Shown: in pieces, positions 42,687 to 53,289 of the stretch
How positions within the stretch are numbered: position 1 is the stretch's first letter
Layout of the letters: each line of letters begins with the position of its first letter
Origin: Histomonas meleagridis 2922-C6/04-290x
Lineage: Eukaryota > Protista > Parabasalia
Assembly: GCA_020184695.1 (NCBI GenBank)
Contig: JAANOX010000018.1
Span: forward strand, 124,001-188,000
Length of the DNA: 64,000 nt
Direction of reading: 5' to 3'
Notes under the pieces: generated by a model
The model's input: the letters and a program-made list of their open reading frames with translations, nothing else
Told to the model about the DNA's origin: nothing
Databases searched by the model: none
Position numbers and translations under genes: made by a program

Positions 42687-45570
42687 CTAATTTTTAGTTT
42701 CTATTTCTTTGTGGTACATCTGGTAATTGAAATATTTCATTATTTCTTTACTTGATGCTATTGATGTAAGTGCTGTTTCACATAAGAAAAAGAAATGAAT
42801 TTTCAAATATTAATTTTAAACTTTGAACTATTGAAATAAATACAAATTAATATAAAAAAATAGTCTGAGTATTAATATCATTTCCTTTTTGTTCTAGAAG
42901 TAAATTAACTATTTCTGTATGACCATTTAAAGATGCCACTATGTGTGATGTTTGAAATAATTTAAAGAATTTCCAAATATTATTTTGAAATATTAAATTA
43001 TTATAAAAAATTTTAAATAAAACAAATAAATATTTTTAGCATTAATATTGATTCCTTCTTGCTTAAGAAGCAATTTAACTATTTCTAGATGACCATGTGC
43101 AGATGCATAAATAAGTGCTGTATTAAATAATTTAAATAATTTCCAAATATTATTTTGAATTTCCAAATTATTAAAATATATAACAATTAAAACAAATAAA
43201 TATCTTTAGCATTAATAACAATTCCTTCTTTTTCAAGAAGTAATTTAACTATTTCTGTATAACCTTTTGAAGATGCCCATATAAGTGCTGTATTAAATAA
43301 TTTAAATAATATCCAAATAATATTTTGAAATAAAAAATTATTAAAATAAATTTTGAATAAAACAAATAAATATCTTTAGCGTTAATATTAATTCCTTTTT
43401 GTTCAAGAAGTAATTTAACGATTTCTGTATAACCTTTTTCAGATGCTTTCATAAGTGCTGTTTTAAATATATAAAATAATTTCCAAATATTTTTTTGAAA
43501 TAGAAAATTATTAAAATAAATTTTGAATAAAACAAATAAATATCTTGAGCGTTAATATTAATTCCTTTTTGTTCAAGAAGTAATTTAACTATTTCTATAT
43601 GACCATTTTCAGATGCTTTTATAAGTGCTGTTTTAAATATATAAAATAATTTCCAAATATTATTTTGAATTTCCAAATTATTAAAATAAATTTCAAATAA
43701 AACAAATAAATATCTTTAGCTTTAATATCAATACCTTTTTGTTCAAGAAGTAATTTAACTATTTCGGTATAACCTTTATAAGATGCTAACATAAGTGCTG
43801 TAGCAAATAACTTAAATAATTTCCAAATATTATTTTGAAATATGAAATTAAAAAAATAAATGAAAAATAAAACAAATAAATATCTTTAGCATTAATAACA
43901 ATTCCTTCTTTGTCAAGAAGTAATTTAACTATTTCTGTATAACCTTTTGAAGATGCATAAATAAGTGCTGTTCCAAATATTTTAAATAATTTTCAAATAT
44001 TATTTTGAAATATGAAATTATTAAAATATATAACAATTAAAACAAATAAATATCTTTAGCATTAACATCAATTCCTTCTTGTTCAAGAAGTAATTTAACT
44101 ATTTCTGTATAACCATATTGAGATGCATCAATAAGTGCTGTATAAAATAATTTAAATAATTTCCAAATATTATTTTGAAATAAGAAATTATTAAAATAAA
44201 TGTTAAATAAAACAAATAAATATCTTTAGCATTAACATCAATTCCTTCTTGTTCAAGAAGTAATATAAATATTTCTGTATAACCATATTGAGATGCATCA
44301 ATAAGTGCTGTTTGAAATAATTTAAAGAATTTCCAAATATTATTTTGAAATAAGAAATTATTAAAATAAATGTTAAATAAAACAAATAAATATTTTTAGC
44401 ATTAATATCAATTAGATTTTGCTCAAGAAGATATTTAACAAGTTCAATATTTTTTGATATGACGGAGAAAACTAAAATATCTTTAGGAGTAGGATTATTT
44501 TTTATAAAATATTTGACAAGATATAAATTTCCAATTGTTGAAGCTCTATTAATGATGTATTGATCTGGCTCCATTCCTTCTTCTTCCAAAAATGATAAAA
44601 TTTCATAGTTATCATAAGAAATACAAGTTGCACCCAAAATATTGATAAATTTAATTGGTGATTTTTGGTTATTAAAATCTTCAAATTTGTTTTCATAAAG
44701 GAAATGAAAAATATCATTTTGATGAAATTTAATAGCAGCTTTGTATGAACCTTTAAAAGATGAATTATTTTGCTTACATAAATGAATGATTTCAAGATTT
44801 CCACTTGCAACAGCATATTTCCCTGTTTTTTTAATATTTGCACCATTCATAAGTAAATATTTAAAGCATTTAACTGATCCAAAAAATGCTGCATAATCAA
44901 TTAACGTAACTCCTTCATCTTTAGTATAATTGTTAATATAATCACATCTTTCATAAAGTGATGGTTTAATTGTTTGGTCAAAATCAAAATCATTTTGTGA
45001 TGTTATTTCTTGAAGTTTTTCTATTTCATCATTTCGAATTATTTTTTCAATTTCATTTGGATTAACTCCTTCTTTAACATATTTTTTGTGAAGTTCAAAA
45101 TCATTCCTTGAAAGTTCTGTATAATTATTAAGAAAAGCTTCTTCAAATAGATCAAAATTAAAATATCTTTTCTTGTTTTCTTCTTCTGTCTTATAATGTG
45201 CAAAATATTTTATTTTGATGTCTTTTGTAATTTTCGAATTAATTAGATTACATTCGATCATTTTATCCAACAAATAAAATGCTTCATGTTTATAACTTTT
45301 CTCCAGAATATTTTCGAAAATACTAAATATTTTAGGTTGATTAGGATGTTCTTTTTCTTCTGATTTTTGTAATGTTTGCAAAAAACATAAATAACTATTA
45401 CAGTTTTCCCAATTTAATGAAATGTGAGTTTGAACCATCTTACAAATGATAAGATTAAACGTGTAAGGGTAATTTGAATCATATAAATTCATTATTTTTT
45501 CAACAGAATGTTCAATATTTTCTTTTCTTAAGTTTACCACTATGTTATTAAGTGCTTTAATGATTTCCAT
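42687..45570 (-). CDS. DUF3447-type ankyrin-array protein, 732 aa after removing 40 intervening elements
   Basis: TLIDYAAFFGSVKCFKYLL motif; 2884 nt minus (39x17 + 22) = 2199 nt = 732 aa + TAG; ATG at 45570. Confidence 0.85.
42777..44391 (-). repeat. Tandem array of 170-bp units (90-nt ankyrin core + 80-nt [17+3]x4 spacer); last spacer 85 nt
   Basis: ataagtgctg recurs at 44301, 44131, 43961, 43791, 43621, 43451, 43281, 43111, 42941 (variant) and 42766. Confidence 0.97.
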
Positions 45571-46564
45571 CAAAGAACAATATTCTAAAATGAATAAACG
45601 GTTCTAAGTGACCATGATACCCCACTTTAATAAGGAAATAGAGTTCCAAATCCTGCAATATTTTTTTCCAGCAGTAATTTTAGGAGATTACAAAAATTTC
45701 CCTCATTATGAAATTTCGATTGTTCAATCTTTCGAAATTCGATCTGATTTCGACCATACTTTTTCGGGAGTCTTAGAATGATTCCTATATAGTATGTTGT
45801 ATGTTAGATATTTTTATTTTCTAAATCATTATCTTGTACCATTTTTATTAAAAATTTTGAGAAAAAGTGAAAATACATGAAAAAATAAACTTCTTCAAAA
45901 ATTTATCGGATGTAACTTTTTATATGGAATGGCGCTGGTCTTTGTATAGTGATAAATAAGAATATATGATTTAATGTTTATAAGTATTATATTTTTTTTA
46001 GTATATTTTATATATAAATTTTTTCGAAAAAATAGTAGAGAATGATTGTACAATCTGAGGGTATTCTCAGGAAATTATTTCGATTGAAAATATTTTGATA
46101 CAATTTTGACATTAACACACAAACTTTTAATAAAAAGTCGGTTGTTTTAAGTCGGTTTTTCCTGTAATTCATTCAAGTGAAAACGTTTTCACATTTAATC
46201 TAATGGCATCATATTCGATGAAAACTCACATGTCACATTGGCACTTTCATCTTCCCTGCATATCAATTATATGTCACGTAATAAGATAAAACGCATTAAG
46301 AGTCAAAAAATATATATACAAAAAGTTCAAACAACGAACAACATAAATTATTGACTGCAATGGGTTTCACTCAAAGATACTTTTAATAACAATATAATAG
46401 GATTTGAACATTTTATATTTTTATTCCAAAATTACTGTAATCTTCCATATCTTGCATTATAGATATCATTTTAATGAAGTTTTTCGATGTTATTTATCAA
46501 TCTATTGCAACACTAATATCTATAAAAATCTACCATAGATATTAAATGCATTAATTACTGCGGC

Positions 46565-47830
46565 ATGTTTCAAATACAGCTTTGTTCGTATTTATATTCA
46601 ATGTTTTTACTTCCTTATCCAAAATTTATTTTGATCAGAAAAGCATTAATCAAAAACGAAGTTATTCCAATTTTATTGATTATATTTTTTGTTAATACAA
46701 TGCAATCATATGAAGCAGAGACAAAAACACTCACATTATTTATTGATTTATATGATCTATCAAAAGAGTATATGAATGTTACAAAACGTGTTATAATTAT
46801 TAATGTTGGAGAGCTTGAAAATAATGCGTTCAGAGAATGGCCTTTATTAACAACAGTAATAATTGGAGAAACAGTTGAAACTATAAATAATGGAGCATAT
46901 GCATCATGTAAAAAATTAGAATATGTACCATTTCAAGATAAAACATTGAGTTCAATTGGAGATGGTGCATTTTATGAATGTATTTCATTAATTAATGTTA
47001 CAATTCATTGGTGATAATGCATTTTCGAAATGTACAGGACTTGAAACATTAACTTTAGATGTAGGCGTACGAAGTATTGGATCTGATGCATTCAGAGGAT
47101 GTACAAACCTTGTGAATATTTATATACCAAGTTCTGTTTATTCGATCGGAAATGCATTTTTAGAATGTACAAAACTTCAATTTATTAAAGTTTCAGTTTA
47201 AAATTTTTAATATTGGTTTATGAAAATGATGGGGTTTATATGGAAAGAAATTACACAAATTATTATTCATCCGAATGGGAAAAGTAAAACAATCACAATT
47301 CAGTCACTTCTATTAAGGATTATGCATTTGCAAGAATAATTTAGAAACAATTTTTATTGGTGAAAATGTTCATTATATTAATTCTTGCGCATTTACTAAT
47401 TGTACATCACTTCAATGTATTCATTTTAATGGAGAAACTTCACCAGAAATATAAAATGGTGCATTTGTTAACATAAATGCGACAACATTTATGACATTAA
47501 AAACATATCAAAATGAAACATTTGGAAATATGAATATTACTAAGGGACAACATTTGACGAATGTCTCCCCCAACAAGCATATTCACATTGACACAAAGTG
47601 ATACATTCACTAAGTCGAACACATTCACTGCATCAGTTGCTTATCCATCGGATGTAACTTTAACACATTCGTGCACTTTAACGCAGTCATTGTCTATTAC
47701 ACTTTCGATTACATTTTATAGTAAATATATAAATACAATTTCATCGTTCACATTTGAATAAAATTATAGTTATATATCGATAAATGTCATTTATTACTAT
47801 TACATAAATACCTACATGTATTCACAAAAT
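46565..47830 (+). pseudogene. BspA-like (LRR_5) pseudogene
   Basis: LRR_5 fragments (IGETVETINNGAYASC, IGSDAFRGCTNL, INSCAFTNCTSL) in shifting frames with stops; FTQSDTFTKSNTFT stalk. Confidence 0.75.
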
Positions 47831-48090
47831 GATTCAAATTTTTTTTGTAATGAATTTGTATAATGCAAAAACAAAATTTAAATTATTTTCTCCTTTGAAC
47901 TTATGCTTCAACAAAAAAATATTTTTTTTTACGTGTTACATATATAAAAAAAACACAAATAAACTTTGAACAAAGAAAAATGATGATAACTTTTTTTCTA
48001 TCACGATCAAAAAAATTGACTTTTTGAACCAAATTTCCATTCAATTCTAATGTGAAATTAAATTGCCGGCCAAATATTCAATTAAATTTC

Positions 48091-50865
48091 ATGTGGATTG
48101 CTGCAGGGTTTGATTTTGGAAATGAAAATTATGTTGTAGGTGTTCCAAAAAATGGAGTCGAAATAGCACAAAGCCAATCATCAAATAGAATTTCTCCAAC
48201 AATGATCACTTATACAGGAACTCGGAGATATGTTGGTGAACCTTCTCTTCATCAACAAATGATATATCTGGATAGTACAGTTTCACAGCTAAAAAGACTT
48301 GTTTGTTTGCCTTTCAGATCAAAAGAAAGAGAAGTTATTCAAGATATGGTATCTTTTACTCTGACTGAAACCGATGATGGTTATACAGGAGTAAAAATCC
48401 CATTCAAAGAAGAGACCATAATAATGCGACCAGAACAATGCATTGCTTCTATATTAAAAGATATGGATAAAATGGCCAAAACTGTGGAGCCAAAAATCTC
48501 CAAGTACATTGTAGCTGTTTCTCCATGGTGGCCAGAGAAGCATCGTCGTACTTTACTTAATGCATGTAAAATTGCAGATATTCAATGTCTTTCTCTTGTT
48601 AATTCCACCACTGCAGCAGCCATTGCATATACTATGACTCATCCTGAGAAGTTACAATCCGAGAAATCCGAACCTTATGTATTTATTGATTTTGGAAATT
48701 CATCAATGAACGTTGCTGTTGCACTTCTTAAGCGTGGGAACATCGAAATCAAAAGTTTTGCCACTGATAACCATCTTGGTGGCTCTTATTTCACCACTCC
48801 ATTAATTCAATATCTTCTCGACAAAGTCAAACAAAAGTATAACATTGATCCTACAACTAATCCACGTGCGATGGCACGATTCCGGTCCACAGTTGAGCAA
48901 GTCAAGAAGACACTTTCCATTAATCCTGTTGTCACATTTGAGATACAAAGTTTACTTAATGACATTGATGTTTCGATTCTTATCAAACGCGAAGAATTCG
49001 AGTCCCAAATCAAAGAATTACTTGATCGCATAGAGTTACCTATTCAACATGCACTTGATTCCTCAGGTTATAAGATCGAAGACATTAAATCCATTGAACT
49101 TTTAGGCGGCGGCTCACGTGTACCATCAGTACAAAACCGAATATCATTAATCTTTGGCAAAGAGCCATCGCGATCATTAAATTTGGATGAATGCTTTGCG
49201 ATTGGCACAGGTTATTATGCTGCATTGTTATCACCGACTAAGTTTAAGATCGATTTAGTTGTGAAAGATATAACTCCATATTCAGTAATAGCTGAATGGA
49301 GTGATGGCCATCCGAAAGAGAAAGAAATATTCCAACAATTTTCGGTGATACCATCGATTAATGAGATTACACTTAAAGTTGTTAAGAAATCTGAAGTTAA
49401 ATTACGTTCTAATGGCGAAGAGATTATTCATATTGAACTTAATACTAATGTTGAAAAGGAAGTTGATGTAATATTACGAATTAAGTTAAACCAAAGTAGT
49501 ATTATTGAAATCGAATGTGCGAAATATAAAGAAGAAAATGGAACTGAAATTCCAGTCGAAATTAAAGCAACGATTCCCGAAATGTTAACGAAAGAAAAGC
49601 TTGAAGAGTATCAAAAACTTGAAGCTGAAATGTCAGAATCGGATTTAAATGAAGAAAAGATTGACGACATTCGTAATGAACTTGAAAGCAAAATCTTTAA
49701 TTTACAATCGATAATTAAAGATTCGAAAGATTATATTGAACCAAATGAGAAACTTCCAGAAATACAAAAACAACTTGAAGACATCCAAAATTGGTATAGT
49801 GAAAATGAATTCGATCGATTACCAATTAATGAATATGAAACGAAATTAAATTTAATCATTGATTTAATTAAGCCAATTAATGCGCATATAAATAAATATA
49901 ATGAAACTATTGAAAAGATACCAAATATCCAAAGTAAACTTGAAAAAATATTAAAGACAATTGAAGAAGATAAATCGAATTTGGATGATAATGATTTAGT
50001 ACAAATACGTGATGAAATTACTTCGAACATTAACAAACTAAAAGAAACATTAAACACGCCAAAGTATAACGAAATTGATTTCGATGAAAATTCATACAAC
50101 GAAAAGATAAAAGAATTCGAAACTAAGTCAAAAGAAATAATCGAAAAGAAACAACAACAACAAAAGCAAAAAGAAAAAGAACAACAACAACAACAACAAG
50201 AACAAAGTTGGAGAGCAGAAGCAAAAGAAGATCCGCGAAGACAACGCGAAAACTTACGACGTAAATTCATGGAACAACAACAAATGTACGACAATGACGA
50301 AAACGAAGAAGAGGAAGAAGAATACATTGATCCGTGGAGCGCAATATTTGGCATTCCATCGATACGCCGAAACAGATATCCGCGACGTAAGCAGTATAAT
50401 CCTGAACTACTTGAAGCGAAACGAAGAGCGGAAGAAGAAGCGCAAAGAGAGCGTCAGAAAGAAGCAGAACGAAGAGCAGAGTTACAAAGACGAGCTGAAG
50501 AGTTAAGGCGACAAAAGCTAATTGAAGAAGAAGAACGAAGAAAGAAAGAAGAAGAAATGCTCCGTAAGCAACAGGAAGAAGAAATGAGGAGAAGAAAAGC
50601 GGCGCAGAACATGTGGGGCAGCGAGGAAAGTCCGTTCCAAAGGATATTCGTGAATGATGACGATGATAATGACGAAGACGAAGAACAGCAACAGCAGCAG
50701 CAACAGTACGAGGAACCAGACATATGGAGTAACATGTTCGGCATACCAAGTAGAGTAAGGCAGAGGCCGCGGCAGGAGGAGATACCGCAGTACCGAAGGC
50801 CGCAGAGAAGAATACAAAGAGACCCGTGGGGTGGGCCAATGATGTGGCAGAACCCGTTCTTCTGA
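48091..50865 (+). CDS. Hsp110/SSE family chaperone with a long low-complexity C-terminal extension
   Basis: GFDFGNEN, LVNSTTAAAIAY, DFGNSS, ELLGGGSRVPSV, RSLNLDECFAIG; ATG at 48091. Confidence 0.88.
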   Translation: MWIAAGFDFGNENYVVGVPKNGVEIAQSQSSNRISPTMITYTGTRRYVGEPSLHQQMIYLDSTVSQLKRLVCLPFRSKEREVIQDMVSFTLTETDDGYTGVKIPFKEETIIMRPEQCIASILKDMDKMAKTVEPKISKYIVAVSPWWPEKHRRTLLNACKIADIQCLSLVNSTTAAAIAYTMTHPEKLQSEKSEPYVFIDFGNSSMNVAVALLKRGNIEIKSFATDNHLGGSYFTTPLIQYLLDKVKQKYNIDPTTNPRAMARFRSTVEQVKKTLSINPVVTFEIQSLLNDIDVSILIKREEFESQIKELLDRIELPIQHALDSSGYKIEDIKSIELLGGGSRVPSVQNRISLIFGKEPSRSLNLDECFAIGTGYYAALLSPTKFKIDLVVKDITPYSVIAEWSDGHPKEKEIFQQFSVIPSINEITLKVVKKSEVKLRSNGEEIIHIELNTNVEKEVDVILRIKLNQSSIIEIECAKYKEENGTEIPVEIKATIPEMLTKEKLEEYQKLEAEMSESDLNEEKIDDIRNELESKIFNLQSIIKDSKDYIEPNEKLPEIQKQLEDIQNWYSENEFDRLPINEYETKLNLIIDLIKPINAHINKYNETIEKIPNIQSKLEKILKTIEEDKSNLDDNDLVQIRDEITSNINKLKETLNTPKYNEIDFDENSYNEKIKEFETKSKEIIEKKQQQQKQKEKEQQQQQQEQSWRAEAKEDPRRQRENLRRKFMEQQQMYDNDENEEEEEEYIDPWSAIFGIPSIRRNRYPRRKQYNPELLEAKRRAEEEAQRERQKEAERRAELQRRAEELRRQKLIEEEERRKKEEEMLRKQQEEEMRRRKAAQNMWGSEESPFQRIFVNDDDDNDEDEEQQQQQQQYEEPDIWSNMFGIPSRVRQRPRQEEIPQYRRPQRRIQRDPWGGPMMWQNPFF

Positions 50866-51034
50866 ATTATAATAAAGAATGAACTCGTTTCGATATTAAG
50901 TGATGAAAGAATTGGAAATATGATAAACAAAGTTTAAATTATACGAAGAAATTACATTTTTTTGTGAATGAGTTACATCAAATAGTAAATCTTTATATAT
51001 CATATATTTATGTTAATTTTTCGAATTCAATAAC

Positions 51035-51423
51035 GAAAATAGAAGCTTCGGCTTTTTCAAATCGTACACCACCGATAAACTTCAATTCCAAATTCGGTTA
51101 CAACAATTGGAGGCTCAGCATTTTCACACTGCTATAGTTTAAGAATAATGACAGAAGTTTAGCAGAAATTTCAGATGGTGCATTTTCGAATTGTCATAGT
51201 CTTTAATGTATTTATTATTACGGTACTTCACAACCATGGATTGGAGAAAGTGCATTTTCTTCATTTAATGCAGCAGTTCTTACATATCCAGCATATGAAG
51301 ACTCAAGATTTGGTCCATTTCGAGTTAATGAATAAAGTGAAGGAGCATGAACACCGGTATTTACATATTCGTTTTCAAGCTCAAACACATACACAAAGTC
51401 GAACTTCTAAATTACAACATTAA
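51035..51423 (+). pseudogene. BspA-like fragment
   Basis: IPNSVTTIGGSAFSHCYSL and EISDGAFSNCHSL* in broken frames. Confidence 0.65.
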
Positions 51424-51536
51424 GCACAAAGTAAAAAGAAGAAATTGACTTTTTAGAGGATATATGATATAAAACACATAACAAAAGATCTTTACCATAA
51501 ATAACAATTTCATATACAAAATTATGATAGAACTAT

Positions 51537-52400
51537 TTATTCCATTTCACTAAAAGTTGAAGAGTTTTGGTTTATGAGTGGATCCTTTGAAAACTCCGCC
51601 GCTTTTTGCGCTTTCCTTTTCTTGTATTTGAAGTAGATACAGAATCCGAGCAGCACATACATTTGGATGGCAGCTGTGAGTGACCCGAGCCACGTAGACC
51701 AATCATCGCCTTGCCCAATCATCATGAACAATGAGCTGAGAGTGCCGCCAGGCGCTTGGAGGAGCAACAAAATAATCGAAAACGATCCGGGATCTCTCAG
51801 ACGAATAGTCGTAACAATTTGTGGTATCCATGTAATAAGAGCAAATACAAATGAAACTGTTCCTAATGTTTTCCCTGTGTATTCAACTTGTTTTGATCCT
51901 AATCCATAATTAAAAATGAAACCGATAAAGAGACAAACGAGTAAAAAGTTGCATAGAAAACATAGGCCAACAAAAAGAATGCTTAGTTTTCGTTCACGCT
52001 TGATTTTTTCTGCATCACGAACTGGACGTGGTTCTTGATCAAAAAAGACAAGGCAATAACATACAACAGGGAAATAAATAAACCATAAAAGAAAACCATT
52101 TATAAAGGTTAACATTCTTGGAAAGGCTTTAACAAAACCAACTTGAATTATTCCGATAAAATCAGTAGTACGAAGACATATAATATTTAATGTTGGATTC
52201 ATAAATTGTGCAAAGCTATTTACAAAGACAAAATAAGGATTAATTCCGAAGGTTGATCGATTTTTTACAATAATAAATAATTGAGGGAATATAGAAATAA
52301 AAGTACCAAGCCCGATTACAATACCAACAATTAGCCAAAGAATAGGAGTTGCGGGAAAGTTTGAAGAGTAATCTACGAAACCACTGAATTCATATCCCAT
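51537..52400 (-). CDS. PQ-loop transporter
   Basis: Two PQ motifs (IFPQLF..NRSTFGIN; WIPQIV..RDPGSFS), about 7 TM, C-terminal dileucine-like DPLI. Confidence 0.85.
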   Translation of the reverse strand: MGYEFSGFVDYSSNFPATPILWLIVGIVIGLGTFISIFPQLFIIVKNRSTFGINPYFVFVNSFAQFMNPTLNIICLRTTDFIGIIQVGFVKAFPRMLTFINGFLLWFIYFPVVCYCLVFFDQEPRPVRDAEKIKRERKLSILFVGLCFLCNFLLVCLFIGFIFNYGLGSKQVEYTGKTLGTVSFVFALITWIPQIVTTIRLRDPGSFSIILLLLQAPGGTLSSLFMMIGQGDDWSTWLGSLTAAIQMYVLLGFCIYFKYKKRKAQKAAEFSKDPLINQNSSTFSEME

Positions 52401-52494
52401 TGTATGACGGTTTGAAGTTAACTGTTAACAATTAAACGGTCGTCCCCGCAAAAAGTCATTTTTAACGTACGTATTTTGCGCCACCAATTTCCAG

Positions 52495-53289
52495 ATGGTA
52501 GAAATTGTCTTCCATCAAGCATCTTTCTTTAAACGCATTGTTGACAGTTTAAAGGATCTTGTTGAAGATGTTACATTTAATTGTGATTCAGATGGAATGA
52601 CTCTTCAAGCTATTGATGTTAGTCATGTTTCTTTAATCTCCATAGAACTTCCCGCAGAAACTTTCTCGACATATACATGCACAGAACCTTTAGAATTATC
52701 TTTTAATGTTGGAACATTAATTAAAGTTTTAAAGAGTGCTGGATCAAATGATTTACTTACAATTAAAACAGATCACCAAAATGAAGACATTGAAATACAA
52801 ATAAATTCACCTAACGATGAGAAGTCAACTCGCTTCAAACTTAAACCAGTTGATGTTCAAAAAGAACCAGTATCAATTCCAATGCATCAATACAGAGCTA
52901 AACTTTCTCTTGGATCTGACGGACTGACCAAGCTTGTAAAGAGTCTTTCTGAAGTCAACGATTCTGTTACAGTGAATTGTACAGATGGATCTGTTTCGTT
53001 TTCAGTTTCCGATTCTCTTGTCGATGCTATAACAACTTATAGCACTGGAGAAGTTCCAGGAAATATGGATGAAGATGTTGAAGTTAATGTTTCTGAGTCA
53101 TGTCGAGTTTCCTATGCATTACGATATTTAAAGGCAATATCCGCTGAATCAGGACTCGCAAGTCGTGTGACATTACATTTTTCACCAAACTTCCCTCTTC
53201 TTGTTGAATACCAACTCAACGAAGGAGGATTTGTTAAATTCTATCTTGCACCAAAAGTTGATGAAGATGGATCAGATGAAGAACTTTAA
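52495..53289 (+). CDS. PCNA: Proliferating cell nuclear antigen
   Basis: FKRIVDSLKDLV, LQAIDVSHVSL, YALRYL, KFYLAPKVDE. Confidence 0.96.
   Translation: MVEIVFHQASFFKRIVDSLKDLVEDVTFNCDSDGMTLQAIDVSHVSLISIELPAETFSTYTCTEPLELSFNVGTLIKVLKSAGSNDLLTIKTDHQNEDIEIQINSPNDEKSTRFKLKPVDVQKEPVSIPMHQYRAKLSLGSDGLTKLVKSLSEVNDSVTVNCTDGSVSFSVSDSLVDAITTYSTGEVPGNMDEDVEVNVSESCRVSYALRYLKAISAESGLASRVTLHFSPNFPLLVEYQLNEGGFVKFYLAPKVDEDGSDEEL

Noticed and set aside
42777-44391. CRISPR-like repeat-spacer array
   Set aside because: Eukaryotic context, no cas genes, and the repeats encode ankyrin helices.
42777-44391. Matched-codon translational bypass (T4 gene 60 or byp type)
   Set aside because: Take-off and landing triplets 17 nt apart do not match (e.g. 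GAT vs TTT, GGA vs TTT), and no in-frame stop follows the take-off site. Only an unconventional form of skipping remains possible.
49731-50930. Several antisense ORFs up to 207 aa
   Set aside because: Shadows of the low-complexity E/Q/R-rich Hsp110 tail.
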